A stretch of 64,000 bases of DNA from Antedon mediterranea (taxonomy: Eukaryota; Animalia; Echinodermata): the NCBI RefSeq assembly GCF_964355755.1, contig NC_092676.1, positions 17,812,871 through 17,876,870 on the forward strand. Direction: 5' to 3'. Of this stretch, positions 1 to 11,970 are shown piece by piece. Every line of letters starts with the position of its first letter. The stretch's first letter is position 1. The translations under genes were made by a program, and so were the position numbers. The notes under the pieces are model-generated. The model saw only the letters and a list, made by a program, of their open reading frames with translations, made no database searches and had not been told where the DNA came from.

Positions 1-3000
1 AAATTGGGTGTCGGTCCGGGTAATAATGGTGATTCGATCATTTGTTGCAAAGGTAAGGTCGCAGGGTAGAATTGCTATAAATGGTTCTTGTGCAATCCCA
101 ATCATTGGCTTGTCCCATGAATCAGCTTTCGTTAAATCTAAATATTCAGAGGATGAAAGTTGTAAATTATTAAATAATTAAAAACAACTTAATAAAAAAA
201 TTCAATTTAAACACAGCATTTCATTTTTCAAAAAGTTGTTTTCAACTACTGCAATAATGGATTTGTATTTTTCTCTTTCTAGTGATAACCAACACAAAGC
301 ACAGTAGACTAGAATGTTACACCATCTCCTATAAGGATCCCTTCATGTTGAGCTCTTAACAGAGCTGATTCGTTTATCTGTAATAGGATGAGAGGGATCA
401 GTACTCTCTTCAAAAAGATGATGGGTTCACTGGAGTCCTTATCAGAGAAGACTTGTTCTACCACCAATACTGTGGCCAAGTAGAGATTTGGACCTGTGCT
501 GATTTTATCGCTGTGGTTTTTGTGGTGCCATTGACTTAACCTCTAGACCAGTCAACTCAACTTTGTCTTAAAAAGATACACATAATTCACAACAGAATGG
601 ATTTTAAATTTACCTGAGGTACTTAATGTTTTTTTGTTTTCTGTCTGAACTGAAAGAAACTGCTGGGCTTTGGATGTCCTGTTCATGTTTCTGGAATAAC
701 TTCTGGATTCTATCATAAAACCACTTTTATTGCTTTTTCCAGATGAAGAAAGCCTTGAACCAATTAATGGCGAGCTAGTTGGACTTGAATCAGCACTCTT
801 TGATTCTGGTTTGTTCAATGGCTGTAAGTTTGGACCAGAATGGATTGCACTTCTGTTGCTACTTCTGGAGCTTCTGCTGAAAATGGATGTCTTTGTCTTA
901 GGTGAATCAATTGCATCAGCACTCTTGCGTTTAGAATCAGGTCTGATCTTTTCCTCAGAATTATTATTATTATCAATTCTATGCTCACTTTTCGATGAAA
1001 TGTCTGTCAAAAATAAAAATGTGTACTGTATAAATCACATAATACTGAGGAAGACAAAAACAAGATGGAGAGATGGAATTGTAGCATTTGCTGGCATATC
1101 CTGAATAAGAAATGGGTCCAGCTTGGGGTCTTCATCGTGCAGGCTGATAATGCTGAAATGATGACTATGATGATGTATAAATCAATGCTTTGTTTTATCA
1201 ATTTGGCAGTCAGTGGCATAACGATTATATGAGCGCTCACTGGCTAAACTCAGGTGCCCCACAGCTGAAGCCTAGGGCCTCAGAGCATGAGTAACCTCAA
1301 TGCAACTACCCAGCATTGGAGGACCCCCTAGTCACCAACTCTGGTGGTTGAAATGCAAGAGGTTACTTTCACAATTGTGAGCACACAACACAGACTCCTA
1401 AAACTTGCCTTTATCCTTCTTGATACTGTTCATTACACTTAGCTTAGCCATTCCCATAGCTTCCTTGCCTTTCTTACGAGCTTCCTTCTTAGCCATCTGC
1501 CCAAGTGCTTCCATACCAGACTTTACATGCTGCTGCAAAGCCTTGTAGAGTGGCTCACATTCATCAGGTGGTTCAACATCTCCACTTAGGATTTGAAAAG
1601 CTCGAATGTCACACCCATAGAATCTATAAATATCAAGTATGTGGCAGCAAAAAACGTGTTTTGTCTATAGACCAATAACTTTATACAATGGAATGTATAT
1701 TCATTATCTTTAAGTGAATTTTACCCAACCTGGTACAAATTGAAAAAAAAAGAAACCGAGTGAAATACACGGCAAAATAAAAAGAGCAACAGAGGGCATG
1801 ATATTTATTATTTTGACCCATAAATTGAAGATAAAGATAACTTGAGATAGTATGGTCTGTAAGTATATATCTATATTAATGTCTATATATGATAAATTGT
1901 GGACACTATCGTGCAAAAAACAATATGCTTCTGGGAGAGACTCTATCTTGAATCCTACAGTACCTCTAGATCACTTAACTTATTAAACTGGTAAAAACTA
2001 AATCAATGTCCTGCAAATACATGGCTGGCCCAGTCACGTGCGCAGTGTTTACTGACGCACATGTCTAAAAAAACTTAACATACTTTCTGTTTGCATCTTT
2101 TCTTTCAATTAAAGCAGCTCCTTCCAGAGAGATTCCAGCGAATAGTCCTTTGGTTTGGCTGTAAGTATAGATGGCAGCAGGACTACGCACTGAAACATCA
2201 CCCTCTATGTTTCGTCCAAGAGGCCCTACAGCTACAGTCACATTTCCACCAAGAGTAACATTGCCTCCCTTTGCAAATGCATCCACTGCACTCTGCTTGT
2301 TCAGAAAGATCACAAAGTCGGTCACCTAGAAGAAGAAAGAAAGTACATCCATTACTGTATTTCATCGAGTATCATCAGTTTTTTTAGGCGAGAGCTACAG
2401 TATAATGAGCAAAATTTAAAAATAATGTTGTACACAGCAATTTCAATGTTTTCAGTGAATTTTGTGCATATTTCACAAGGGTGACCATGCCAGCATGAAT
2501 GAGAGGTTTTGGAATGAGGTTTTCCATGAAAAATGTATGTGTAAATATCCACCAAGCCAGTAATCCTGCAAAGTCCACATTAGTCGAGAAGACTGTTGGA
2601 ATCTCAATAGAGTTATAGTTGAGTGGTGAAAGAAGCCCACACTTTAATGCAATAATCAATATTGGGTAAAAATAAAGAGCTACTTTCAGTGGAGAATCGA
2701 TGATGATGATCTATGTTTCAATGTAATAAAATTCATGCAATAGTGTACACAATGATTCAATAGAATTAATATGTATTACTATGCCAATGATAAGACTGTG
2801 ACTGTGTTAAAAGGACATCATTACAGTTTATGGTATTGTTATTGTATATATGTTTTCTTTGGGAAAGGTCAACCATGCACCTTTATTCTGTCTATCGGCA
2901 CGGCGAGAACTAGGCACCCGTGCCAATATAAAATAATACATTTGATAATTGATCGTGTAATAGCCACTTCCATTGCGATTGTTTGTAACTTCATTCCAGA

Positions 3001-5232
3001 GCAATAGACTGCAGTACTGTGATTTGAGCATGCAGTACAGTAACATAGTCATCAGTAATAAAAGGCAGTATTAGAGTAGACAAACTATGAATATACAGTA
3101 CTATTATTATTATTATATAGTGCATATAATCATAATGAAAGCAAGCAAAATATTCAGATTTGAAAACAAACCCAATGTCACAAAGATGAGACAGCAGTTA
3201 CGTTCTGACATCCTATATTACATGTAAAGACAAATGATTAGTGTTTATATAACTCATCAAGTTAAGGAAGTAATTTTAGAAACTGTGTTTTTAAAATAAC
3301 AGTTCTTCATACAGATATAAAATACTTATGAGGGTTATAGAAAGGACAAGGGTGGAATACAGCATTTTAATATCACAAACATTAGAAAACATGCCGATTT
3401 GCAGCCTTTAAATTTGCTAGAGCACTGACAATAACCATCAGAGGTTTCCATAGATAGAAGATACCTACAGTGAGCACAAGCGTAGCTGGTTGCACATGTA
3501 GCAGACAGAGTATAGCAGTCTACGTGTAAGTGTAGTAGGCTGCATGTGGTATGCTAGCAGTAGCTATAGCAGGCTACAAGTAGCATGGTGTGTGTAGCAG
3601 GCTACATCAGCATGTTGAGTGTAGTATGCTAGATGTAACATGCTGCATGTAGCATACTATGTGTAGCATGCTGAATGTAGTCTGATGCATGTAGTATGCT
3701 ACATGTGGCATACTGTTTTTAGTATGCTGCATGTGGCATGTAGCATGCTGCTATAAGCATGCTACATATAACACGCAAGGTGTAGCATGCTGCACATAGC
3801 TCGCTGTGATGATCATCATTGCCTGCATAAAATATTTTACTCATCATTTGTAGCACATACTTCGGCACCTATTTCAAAGCCCCCACCAAATCCAGCTAAC
3901 CCAATAGCAGATGGTGCAGACCAGCCTAAAAAAGAAATAATTTAAGTATTAATATTACAACATATTAAAACATTGTTCCTTTTGATATAACACCTTTCTA
4001 TTTAACAAGCACGAATGTTCGATACTCAGGGTACAGCAAAAGAAGCTGTAATGACGTCATAAGACCGGATATAACGTCACATACACATGTAAATAACCTC
4101 GCTACCAAATACGGCTATACAGTATCATCTTCGAGACGTGATTTGGCTGCATCCGGTTTGAGGACATGCCCCTGTAGTATATTCATGCCAAATTCCAGCT
4201 CAATACTACAACAAATAAGGGAGGAGTAGTACTTTATAAATCGCACTTTTTACTCAATATTGTCCAGATGGAAGAAGAAGAAGAAGAAGTAGAAGAAGAA
4301 GAGGAGGAGAAGATGAGAGAGTACTAGACTCGGGTACCCTGATTAAAAAATTGTAGCAGTTATGCAATATCAACCAACCAACCAAACTTACTTTACTTTG
4401 AGTACTATAAATAACGGTTTGATTGTTTACGGTTTGACCGTTATGGGGATTTAAACAAAGTCTGAATGAATTTTTACCTCCGCCTTTTAATTTCGATACA
4501 ACAATACCGCTTCCACCTCTAGCTGTCACAAGGAAGCCAGCTTTAAACACTGTTATGATAGCAATACCACGGCATGACAGAAATAGGCCAGCTGAGGAAA
4601 AAATAAATAATATTTTAATAAATTACTGTAAAGATACTGTAATCTTAAACATATGTTTCCCTCTAAAATAGATCTACATAGTAAACCTAATATTTAGTAA
4701 TGAGAGTCTTGACAAATAATTGCGCACTGACATGTAGACAAGTGTCTGCGATTGTAAATATTCCTGCCCCATAGTTGCATTATGCGGAATTTTTTAAAAG
4801 TGGCTGAAGACACTAATAGACTATTATGCAGTGCCAGCCTCATGTTTACGGAATGTAGAATTCCTTCTTTTTATGAATTGTTAAGAAAATCAATATATGG
4901 CCTGATGTGTAGACTTAATGCAAGCAAAAATATTTTAATCTCAACGATTATAAGCAACGTCCTAGTTAAGTCGAAGATGCTCTCCAGGTGGAATGTCATC
5001 CTGAGATGAGTAGTAGTAGTTAGTCTTTAATTTTTACTTTCTATGGACCAGAGTTTCCGAAATAAAAGATTGAATGAATTATAGTCTGATAATTAAGAAT
5101 GTAACTTTACTGTACCTGGAATTAATTTGTCTGGACCTGTTGATGCAGTTGGGAATGTAAAGTCATGAAGAATCTTTGCTGCTTTCTTAGCTTCTGACTT
5201 GAGTTTCTTTGGAAACGGAGAGTGCACACCCA
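1..5232 (-). CDS. SH3YL1: SH3 domain-containing YSC84-like protein 1 (SYLF/Ysc84 domain + Ser-rich linker + SH3); 3' end runs off the window and the first exon is not pinned down
   Basis: Phase-consistent exons: 5232-5116 (xGVHSPFPKKLKSEAKKAAKILHDF..GPDKLIP), 4591-4478 (..FKAGFLVTARGGSGIVV), 3925-3861 (WSAPSAIGLAGFGGGFEIGAE), 2325-2084 (VTDFVIFLN..GPLGRNIEG..TYSQTKGLFAGISLEG), 1623-1409 (FYGCDIRAFQILSG..), 1003-614 (Ser-rich linker), 137-1 (SH3: AQEPF..PCDLTFATNDRITIITRTDTQF). These closely match recalled SH3YL1/Ysc84 motifs. Confidence 0.93.
3470..3810. repeat. Degenerate ~16-bp minisatellite (TGTAGCATGCTRCATG-like)
   Basis: Repeated gtagcatgctgcat/gtagcatgctacat units in an SH3YL1 intron; the unit core TGTAGCATGCTACA is self-complementary. 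Confidence 0.75.
4003..4345 (-). mobile_element. Short Helentron-associated (HINE/DINE-1-like) non-autonomous element
   Basis: Subterminal inverted repeats tcagggtac (~4025) and gtaccctga (~4334), a (GAA)n microsatellite near the 5' end (4270-4320), and an imperfect stem-loop followed by CTTG|TT at the minus-strand 3' end. Confidence 0.45.
4780..5080 (+). mobile_element. 3' remnant of a non-LTR retrotransposon
   Basis: ORF 4782-5009 (..CSASLMFTECRIPSFYELLRKSIYGLMCRLNASKNILI..) resembles the C-terminal tail of LINE ORF2 proteins and is followed by AATAAA and a (TGAA)n tail. Clade uncertain. Confidence 0.45.
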
Positions 5233-5989
5233 CTGATGACAATAAAAAATTAAACATGAAAAAAAAGCACAAATATTTAAATTGTGAAAAGTGGTTTTAA
5301 GACATCAACTCTCCTGATATAAGCATAGGAGTCTCCCAATATTTGGTCATGTGAAAATGCAATTTCTTTTTGAATGAACAAAAAAATACTTGTAGTAGTT
5401 GAGTTCCACTGTCGTAAATGTAACCACAGCATAATATTTTAATTATGCTCGTTTTATTTAGCCTTTAGGCCTAGCACTTATTTATTATACAAGTTTTCAT
5501 CTTTCTGGGCTTGTACCTACATCTTCCTAAATTTTGTTTAAATATTATTATATTGTTTATTGAAATCAATTTTGTATATGAAAGGAGTAAATAAATGTTG
5601 CTTTGAATTGAAATGCCTCTAGGCATTACAATTCTAGCCAGCCTTTAGCCACGAAATGAGATGGCAATGGGCCTACTAGTACTAGTATTAGGTTAGAAGG
5701 ACAACTCCGGCCTGGTAGGAGGGCCTAGCTAGTACAGACAGTCAGTAGTAGTGTTGTAGTAGTACTACCAGCCTAGATTACCCCTAGCCTAGTTAGTAGG
5801 CCTAGCTAGAATAGAAGCTAGTCGAGGCCTAGATCCAATATATAATAAGTAGGCTAGTGTAGTATAGTATGCTAAACTAAGAAACATATATAGACTAGGC
5901 TTAGTTGTCAAAAATATTACTAGTGCAGTACTTCTTAATGGATTTTAAGATAGTACAGTAGTGTTCTTTGCTTAAAATCTGTCATCATC

Positions 5990-6385
5990 GATCATCACGT
6001 TGTTGATTGCTCATGCGGAAAGAGCGAACAAAACAGACATTCCATTATACTTATGATATTCATTAACAAAATAAGTAAAACAAAACTATACAAAAATAGC
6101 TTGTATATGTCAATGGAGTAATTTAATAGTTATTCAAACATTTCTTTCACATATGAAATAGACATATGCTTTGAAATTATGTACATAAGTATTACATTAT
6201 TGTAATTGGATTTGTAAAGTCATCCATTTATAATGGAATGTTCTAACTTTAGTATTAAGATGGCGGCTGTCGTTAGTGGAAGTACGCCACCGTGTTTTCT
6301 GTAACTAAGCACGTACTTAAACCCAGGGATATTGACTCATGTAAATTGAAAAGATGGGAACTTTTAGTAAACTAAGGAAGTAAGT
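5990..6385. promoter_or_regulatory. Probable bidirectional promoter and plus-strand non-coding first exon
   Basis: Lies just upstream of SH3YL1 (minus). It contains a YY1-type AAGATGGCGGC at 6257-6267 and a consensus donor GTAAGT at 6380-6385 on the plus strand, with TAGGCCTA-rich tracts on both sides. Confidence 0.5.
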
Positions 6386-6990
6386 GTATAGTGATAATAT
6401 AGGCCTAGTATATACTCGTGTTTAGGTCAAAATATAAGCTAGCTAGGCCTAATAATACATTTTATAGTACCTCTCTAAACTAAGTAACTTCTAGTAGGCC
6501 ACTCCATGGACCGTCCTAGGCGTAGGGAGAATGTGAATGTGCCTACGCTATGCATAACGGCTGGTAGCAGCCCTAGACTAGACCTAGTGTTTGTTGTGCT
6601 AGTATAATAAGTTCCTGCTGCTATAGCCTGCTGTGCCTCGTTAAACAGAGGATTAAAATAGGCATCATCAATTAAACAACAATAATGCTGTAGTTAGCAA
6701 ACAAAGTTTAAACAGAATTAACAATAACCATGCAATAACATACTGTAGCATGGCAGCAAGTATATTTTCGTAGAACAAGTTACTTTAAAATTCATAATTC
6801 CATAATGGACAAAATTATTATATTAAATGTATACATCTCTACGCATCACTGGAATATAGAATATTATTACCATTATTATAATACTGCTGTTTCGATCGTT
6901 GAATTACTGACCAAATGGCATCACGACTCGGTGTTCTCGTGAAGCAGGTTTTGTGCCAGTAAGATTTGCCGGACTAAATTTGCGAACCGG

Positions 6991-7893
6991 TATTCAAGAT
7001 TCAAGATTCAAGAAATTTTATTTGTCCATAAAAATTGAAATTCACTTTGCTTGGTAGATTAAAACAACAATATTGCAACAATTTAAAAACGTGCAGTATT
7101 ATAACAGATTAAAAATACAAGATAAAAAGTTAAAAATACTGTTAAAATGTAAAACTATTAAAAATTGCATTAACGTCTTACATTAGAATTAAAAATATGA
7201 ATGCTATTTACAACGAAGGATTTTCTAGTTCTACAAAGATTTGCTCTTGGAGGTCGTAGCCTAATGCCTGATCTATTTAAGTTATAACAGTAATGTAACG
7301 GATGAGTGGGGTCTTTCATAATATTGTTTACTTTTTAAAAAATACTCTTTTCATAGATAAATGAACAAGGCGTTAGATCAGCTTTAATAATACGTTGTGC
7401 AATTTTACGTGGTCTCTCAATATTTTTCTTATAATTTTCAGTAAAGTTACCACAAAAACATCCAATGCTAAAAGATAAAATACTTTGAATAATACTTTGA
7501 TAAAATAGAATTAAAATAGTGTTATCAACTCTAATTTGCTTGCGTTTTCTGAGAAAGTAGAGCCTTTGAGATGCCTTCTTGGAAATCATGAGAGAGTTTG
7601 ACTCCCATTTTAATTTGTTGTCAATTATAGTACCTAAGTATTTGTATTGGGTTACTCTTTCAACCTCGGTTTCTTTAATAGTTATTACATTATGTTCAAC
7701 TGTGGTTTTACGAAAATCTATTATCATCTCTTTGGTTTTAGTAATATTAAGTATTAAGTTCATATCCTCACACCAATTAACAAATCTTCCAACTTCATTA
7801 ACAAATTCATTTACATTATGCTTACTATCGCAAAGAAAACCATTAATTACAGTATCGTCAGCGTATTTTACAATATTGCAATCTTTACTTTAA
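6991..7893 (-). mobile_element. 5'-truncated LINE (Rex1/Babar-like) reverse transcriptase fragment
   Basis: KYADDT at ~7870-7853, then LNITKTKEMIIDFRK..VERVTQYKYLGTIIDNKLKW..KASQRLYFLRK (ORF 7335-7763); the 3' end has AATAAA and a (CTTGAAT)3 tail at 6991-7012. Confidence 0.85.
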
Positions 7894-8466
7894 AATAGTG
7901 TAAGAAAATACATTAAAACTAAATTAAAACTTTACTAGTAGTGGTAGGAATCGGCCTATTAAAAATATACACTAAAGCCAACCAAGGGCTATACTGTATG
8001 TTTTCATTTGGATACAAATCACACTATTATTTGACTTCTTTTTGTATTTTTAGTAGATTTAGTCAAGTTACATCTTATTATAGTATTAGTATTCGGTACT
8101 TAATTTGCCAGACTCTTTTTTTATTATTATTATAATAAAATAATTTCTACTCCACTTGCTGTGACAATAAATTAATATAATTAATATTTAATATTAATTA
8201 TTTTATTAAAGAGGTTAATTTCTTATTTTATGTAATATTTCAGGGAAAGAAAATCAAGTCATGTTTAAATTTTCAATTTCTGCCGTTGTTTAAAAAAAAT
8301 ATTCATAAGATTTCTAAACATAAATAACATTTTTTTAAATTGGGTGTGTACAATATCATACTGTCAATACAAGTAAATTAGTAATATGAAAATGATTTAT
8401 AATTTGTAATTTGATGTTTTTAAGCCTACTGTATTACCTGTGTTCGTCATAAAAAAGAAAAATCAA

Positions 8467-11400
8467 CTAGAATTTAATTCGTCACTTTGACGAATTATAG
8501 GTGATCATTTTTATCGCTTTACTGACATTAATATTTTTTAAACATGCACGTACGTTAACATACAATAGGAAAATGTTGATGTATACCATCCTGATATACG
8601 CTTACAGTGCCGAGTTGTGCCTATTATGTGTCATATACAATATGTACAGTATATACTGTATATCTATATACAGTGTAGCATAGGTGAAATTACGGGACCC
8701 ACATCATGTTCAAATTTTTTAATATGATGGAATTATCAAAATAAACTCGAAGATGACAATTTCGAAAGATAATGAATTGAGCAAATAAATATAAGGATTG
8801 GAAGATAATTTGACACGTAGAAGCGCAATGCGCGCTCTTTGAAATTTGTATAACTTTGACTAAAGAAATTTAAAAACAACGTTTTAACTTCAACTGGCCA
8901 TATGATAACATCACAACATCCGATAAGCTTAATTTTTATATGAATTCATATCTACATTTATTCAGCTTTCATAATAAATTATAATCTTCAAGGTCACCTT
9001 TAATTCTGAAGAGCTATAACATATTCAAATGTATGGTGTAGCTGAAATTATACGACCTTGGTTATTAAAATTTTTACACATGATGACATCATCAAAATAA
9101 AAATGTTGACAACTATTGAGAAAGATAATTAATTGAGTAAGCACATACTAAAATTTTGGCAAAAATCGGGCTCAAATAACGGAGATGCGCTCTATTGAAT
9201 GTGATAACCCACACAAAAAGATAAAAATTACTAATTTTTAAATTTAAGTGGCCATTTGATGACGTCATACCATTTTGTACGTCTAATGTGTACATGAATA
9301 TGTATCTACAACCCAATGGCTTCCCGAATAAGTTAAAAAAATTGGGGGTCACCTGCCATTCTGAAGAGTTATATTCATTTTAAAAAGGCCTTATTTTTCA
9401 CCATTTTCAGCACTTTGATGCAATTAATTTGCGCATTTTGTTATTTTTAACCTGCTCGTATAGCGTTATTTTAAGTCGGAACTTACTCAAATTTGGTGAA
9501 TGTACTAAAGATGGTGAGTAGAACGCGATTTGTATAAAAAAATTGCAATTTTTACGCTTTGTAAGTATCGCGCGCGCAAAATATTTTTTTTGCGCAGTAA
9601 TTTTTTGAAACACACAAATGGCCTAATTCATGCTCTAAATTGATTAAAATGTAATTTTGAGCTTTTTAAATTTTTACTGCGCGATTCCACACGCATGACC
9701 CTACGTGCGCGCGCGTTTTTACGTGCTAATATTTTTACCCTTGACCTGAAGTTTACGTGTAGTGAATTTCATAAATATGTGATAATGAATTATGGATATA
9801 TGATTGATAATGTGATTTCACAAAATGGCGTATACGTGACGTCACGGATGAGTGATCACGCTGAAAAGCTTATTATGGCTAAGTTAAAGTATTTGAAAGA
9901 CATTGTGAATTTTTTGTTATTATTGCTATTCAACTTTTTGAGATATTTGACGAACAAAAAGTGTACAGAAAGAAGAATAACAATAATAACTAGACATGTA
10001 ACTCGTCACTTTGACGAGTTTGGTTATCCGCCGCGCAAGTGGTGCAACATTAACATTAAGGGGATAGGTTGAGGACAAAAGGAAGTTTTCACGTTGGCAT
10101 TATGACCTGAACTGAAGAATATGATATATTATTATTGCTGAATTTTATTATTTAAATTCATATATAGTATACACAGTATAATCTGTATCCATATCACATA
10201 CAGTGACATACATAGAATTGGTGAAATTACGGGACCCGCTATTTATTGCAATTTTTAACATGTTGACGGTTTTAAAATGAAACGCGAAGGTAGCAATTCC
10301 GAAAGGAAATTATCTCAGCAACAACGTATTAGCGTGTAGAAGAAATTTGAATACGTGAAATATTGATGCGCGCTCTTTTAAATGTAATGAATTATGACGC
10401 AAAAGATGAAAATACGACCTTTTTTATTTAACTGGCCATATGATGACGTCACAACATCCGATTGGCAACATTTTAACATAATTTCGTATCTACAATCCAA
10501 TAGCTTCCAGAAAAAGTTTTAATCGTGATTATCACATTTTATTCTTACGAGCTATAACAGATTAAAATTTACTGTAAAGATGAAATTGATGCCACACGTG
10601 ATTTCAATTTTTAGGCATGATGACGTCATAAAAATTAAAATATTTTTCACTCATGCGAAAGATAGTTGATTGACCTAGACAATATCAAAATCGGGGTGAA
10701 AATGGAAAACGGATAAGTGGAGATGCGCTCTATTCAATGTGATGACCTATGACGAAAGATACAAAAATCCTAAATTTTATATTCGCGTGGCCATACGATG
10801 ACGTCATAATGTCCGGTTAGCCATATTAATACCTGATCCGATATCTACAACTCATCTACTTCCAGAATATGCCATCCACAAAAAGTTGACCGTCTAGTTT
10901 AGAAATTACGACTGTTTAAAAAAAGGCATATTTTAAACGAATTTTTTAACCTTTTCATAAAAAACGCGCGCAAATTGTCCAATTCGACGTGCTCGTATGA
11001 CGTATCTTTAAGTCGAAATTGTTAAAAATTTGGTAAAATTACATGAAAAGGCTGGAAAAACATAAATCACACGAAAAAAATACGTTTTCAATGCTACGTG
11101 CGCACCGCACACGTAAAAATGTGCGCACGCGTGGGAATTTTTGACATGCTTAAAACGACATGAAACGCGTAGAAAGTTGATTATAAATTAATTTCGCGCA
11201 TTTTGAAATTTTAAATGCGCGTGCGCGCGTAACTTTGTGTAAAACACGCATTTTTTTTTCAACAGAAAGTTAGCGCATGATATAAATTAAACTTTTGCAA
11301 AGTTTCACTTTAAAATGTTATTTGGTTTTCGACATATGTTAAATACGAGAAAATCGTTAAATCGCGCGTACGTCACGTTGCGCAATTGTAAACATCATGA

Positions 11401-11664
11401 AAAGCTTCGCTTGAAGACGTTACATAAATGTCAAAATGTTAACATAGTTAACAAAATGTTATGTTTGCAAGTTTCAGAGAAAAGCGTTACACAAAAATCA
11501 TACAGAAAGAAAGAAGAAGAATAAAAAGTTGATGATGATGATGATGATGATGATGATTTCGTACAATCACAAGAGGTTATCCTGCAACTTCGTTGCGGAT
11601 AACCAATAAAGATTTTGTACAATAACAATAGGTGATCATTTTATTCTAAATGATCACCTAATAA
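8467..11664 (-). mobile_element. Helentron/DINE-like non-autonomous rolling-circle element, family A (host of a nested family B copy)
   Basis: Minus-strand 5' end: subTIR plus partial inverted repeat taggtgatcatt..aatgatcaccta (11629-11660). 3' end: subTIR aatgatcaccta, hairpin ttcgtca-aag-tgacgaa, then CTAG|T at 8470-8467. No TSD. Confidence 0.7.
9990..11609 (-). mobile_element. Helentron/DINE-like non-autonomous element, family B, copy 1
   Basis: SubTIRs ttggttatccgc / gcggataaccaa, a 5' partial inverted repeat, a (GAT)n microsatellite at 11531-11557, and a 3' hairpin ctcgtca-aag-tgacgag followed by CTAG. Inserted at T|T inside family A. A homologous inverted copy lies at 51660-54559. Confidence 0.75.
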
Positions 11665-11854
11665 TTTGTATCAAGATTTTTTTATGTAGCACCTGTACAA
11701 TCTATATGACTGTACTTATTATCTACAGATGACTCAGCCAGGGAGGAGTAGAAATACTTCTATTTCAACATGATTCTTTAATTTATTTCTTGGATAGTCG
11801 ATTATAAAAAAGTATACATTTGAAAACATACAAATATAATGAATTACTGCTGAA

Positions 11855-11970
11855 TTATTTTTCTGGCTGTTTTTATTTAGCTTTTTTTTTATGATTTTAT
11901 CATCTCCATTGAGATCTGACCATCGATACCTGCAGCATTGTCATTTTTTCAGCAATTTGCCTTTAGATTA
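11855..11970 (+). mobile_element. 5'-truncated copy of the Penelope-like pLTR fragment found at 37501-37672
   Basis: Shares ttttctggctgttt..atctccattgagatc..gatacc..cagcattgtcatttttt..aatttgccttt with 37550-37670 but lacks the hammerhead part. Confidence 0.6.

Noticed and set aside
730-1104. Leu-rich 124-aa plus-strand ORF
   Set aside because: Antisense shadow of the Ser-rich SH3YL1 exon.
6354-6379. MGTFSKLR as the first coding exon of the kinase
   Set aside because: The 30566 exon has an in-frame stop (30644) before the ATG at 30671, and the phase does not fit direct joining to 31213.
9113-11628. Short ORFs within the Helentron-like elements as transposase remnants
   Set aside because: No HUH, helicase or endonuclease motifs, and the frames are not preserved in the second copy.
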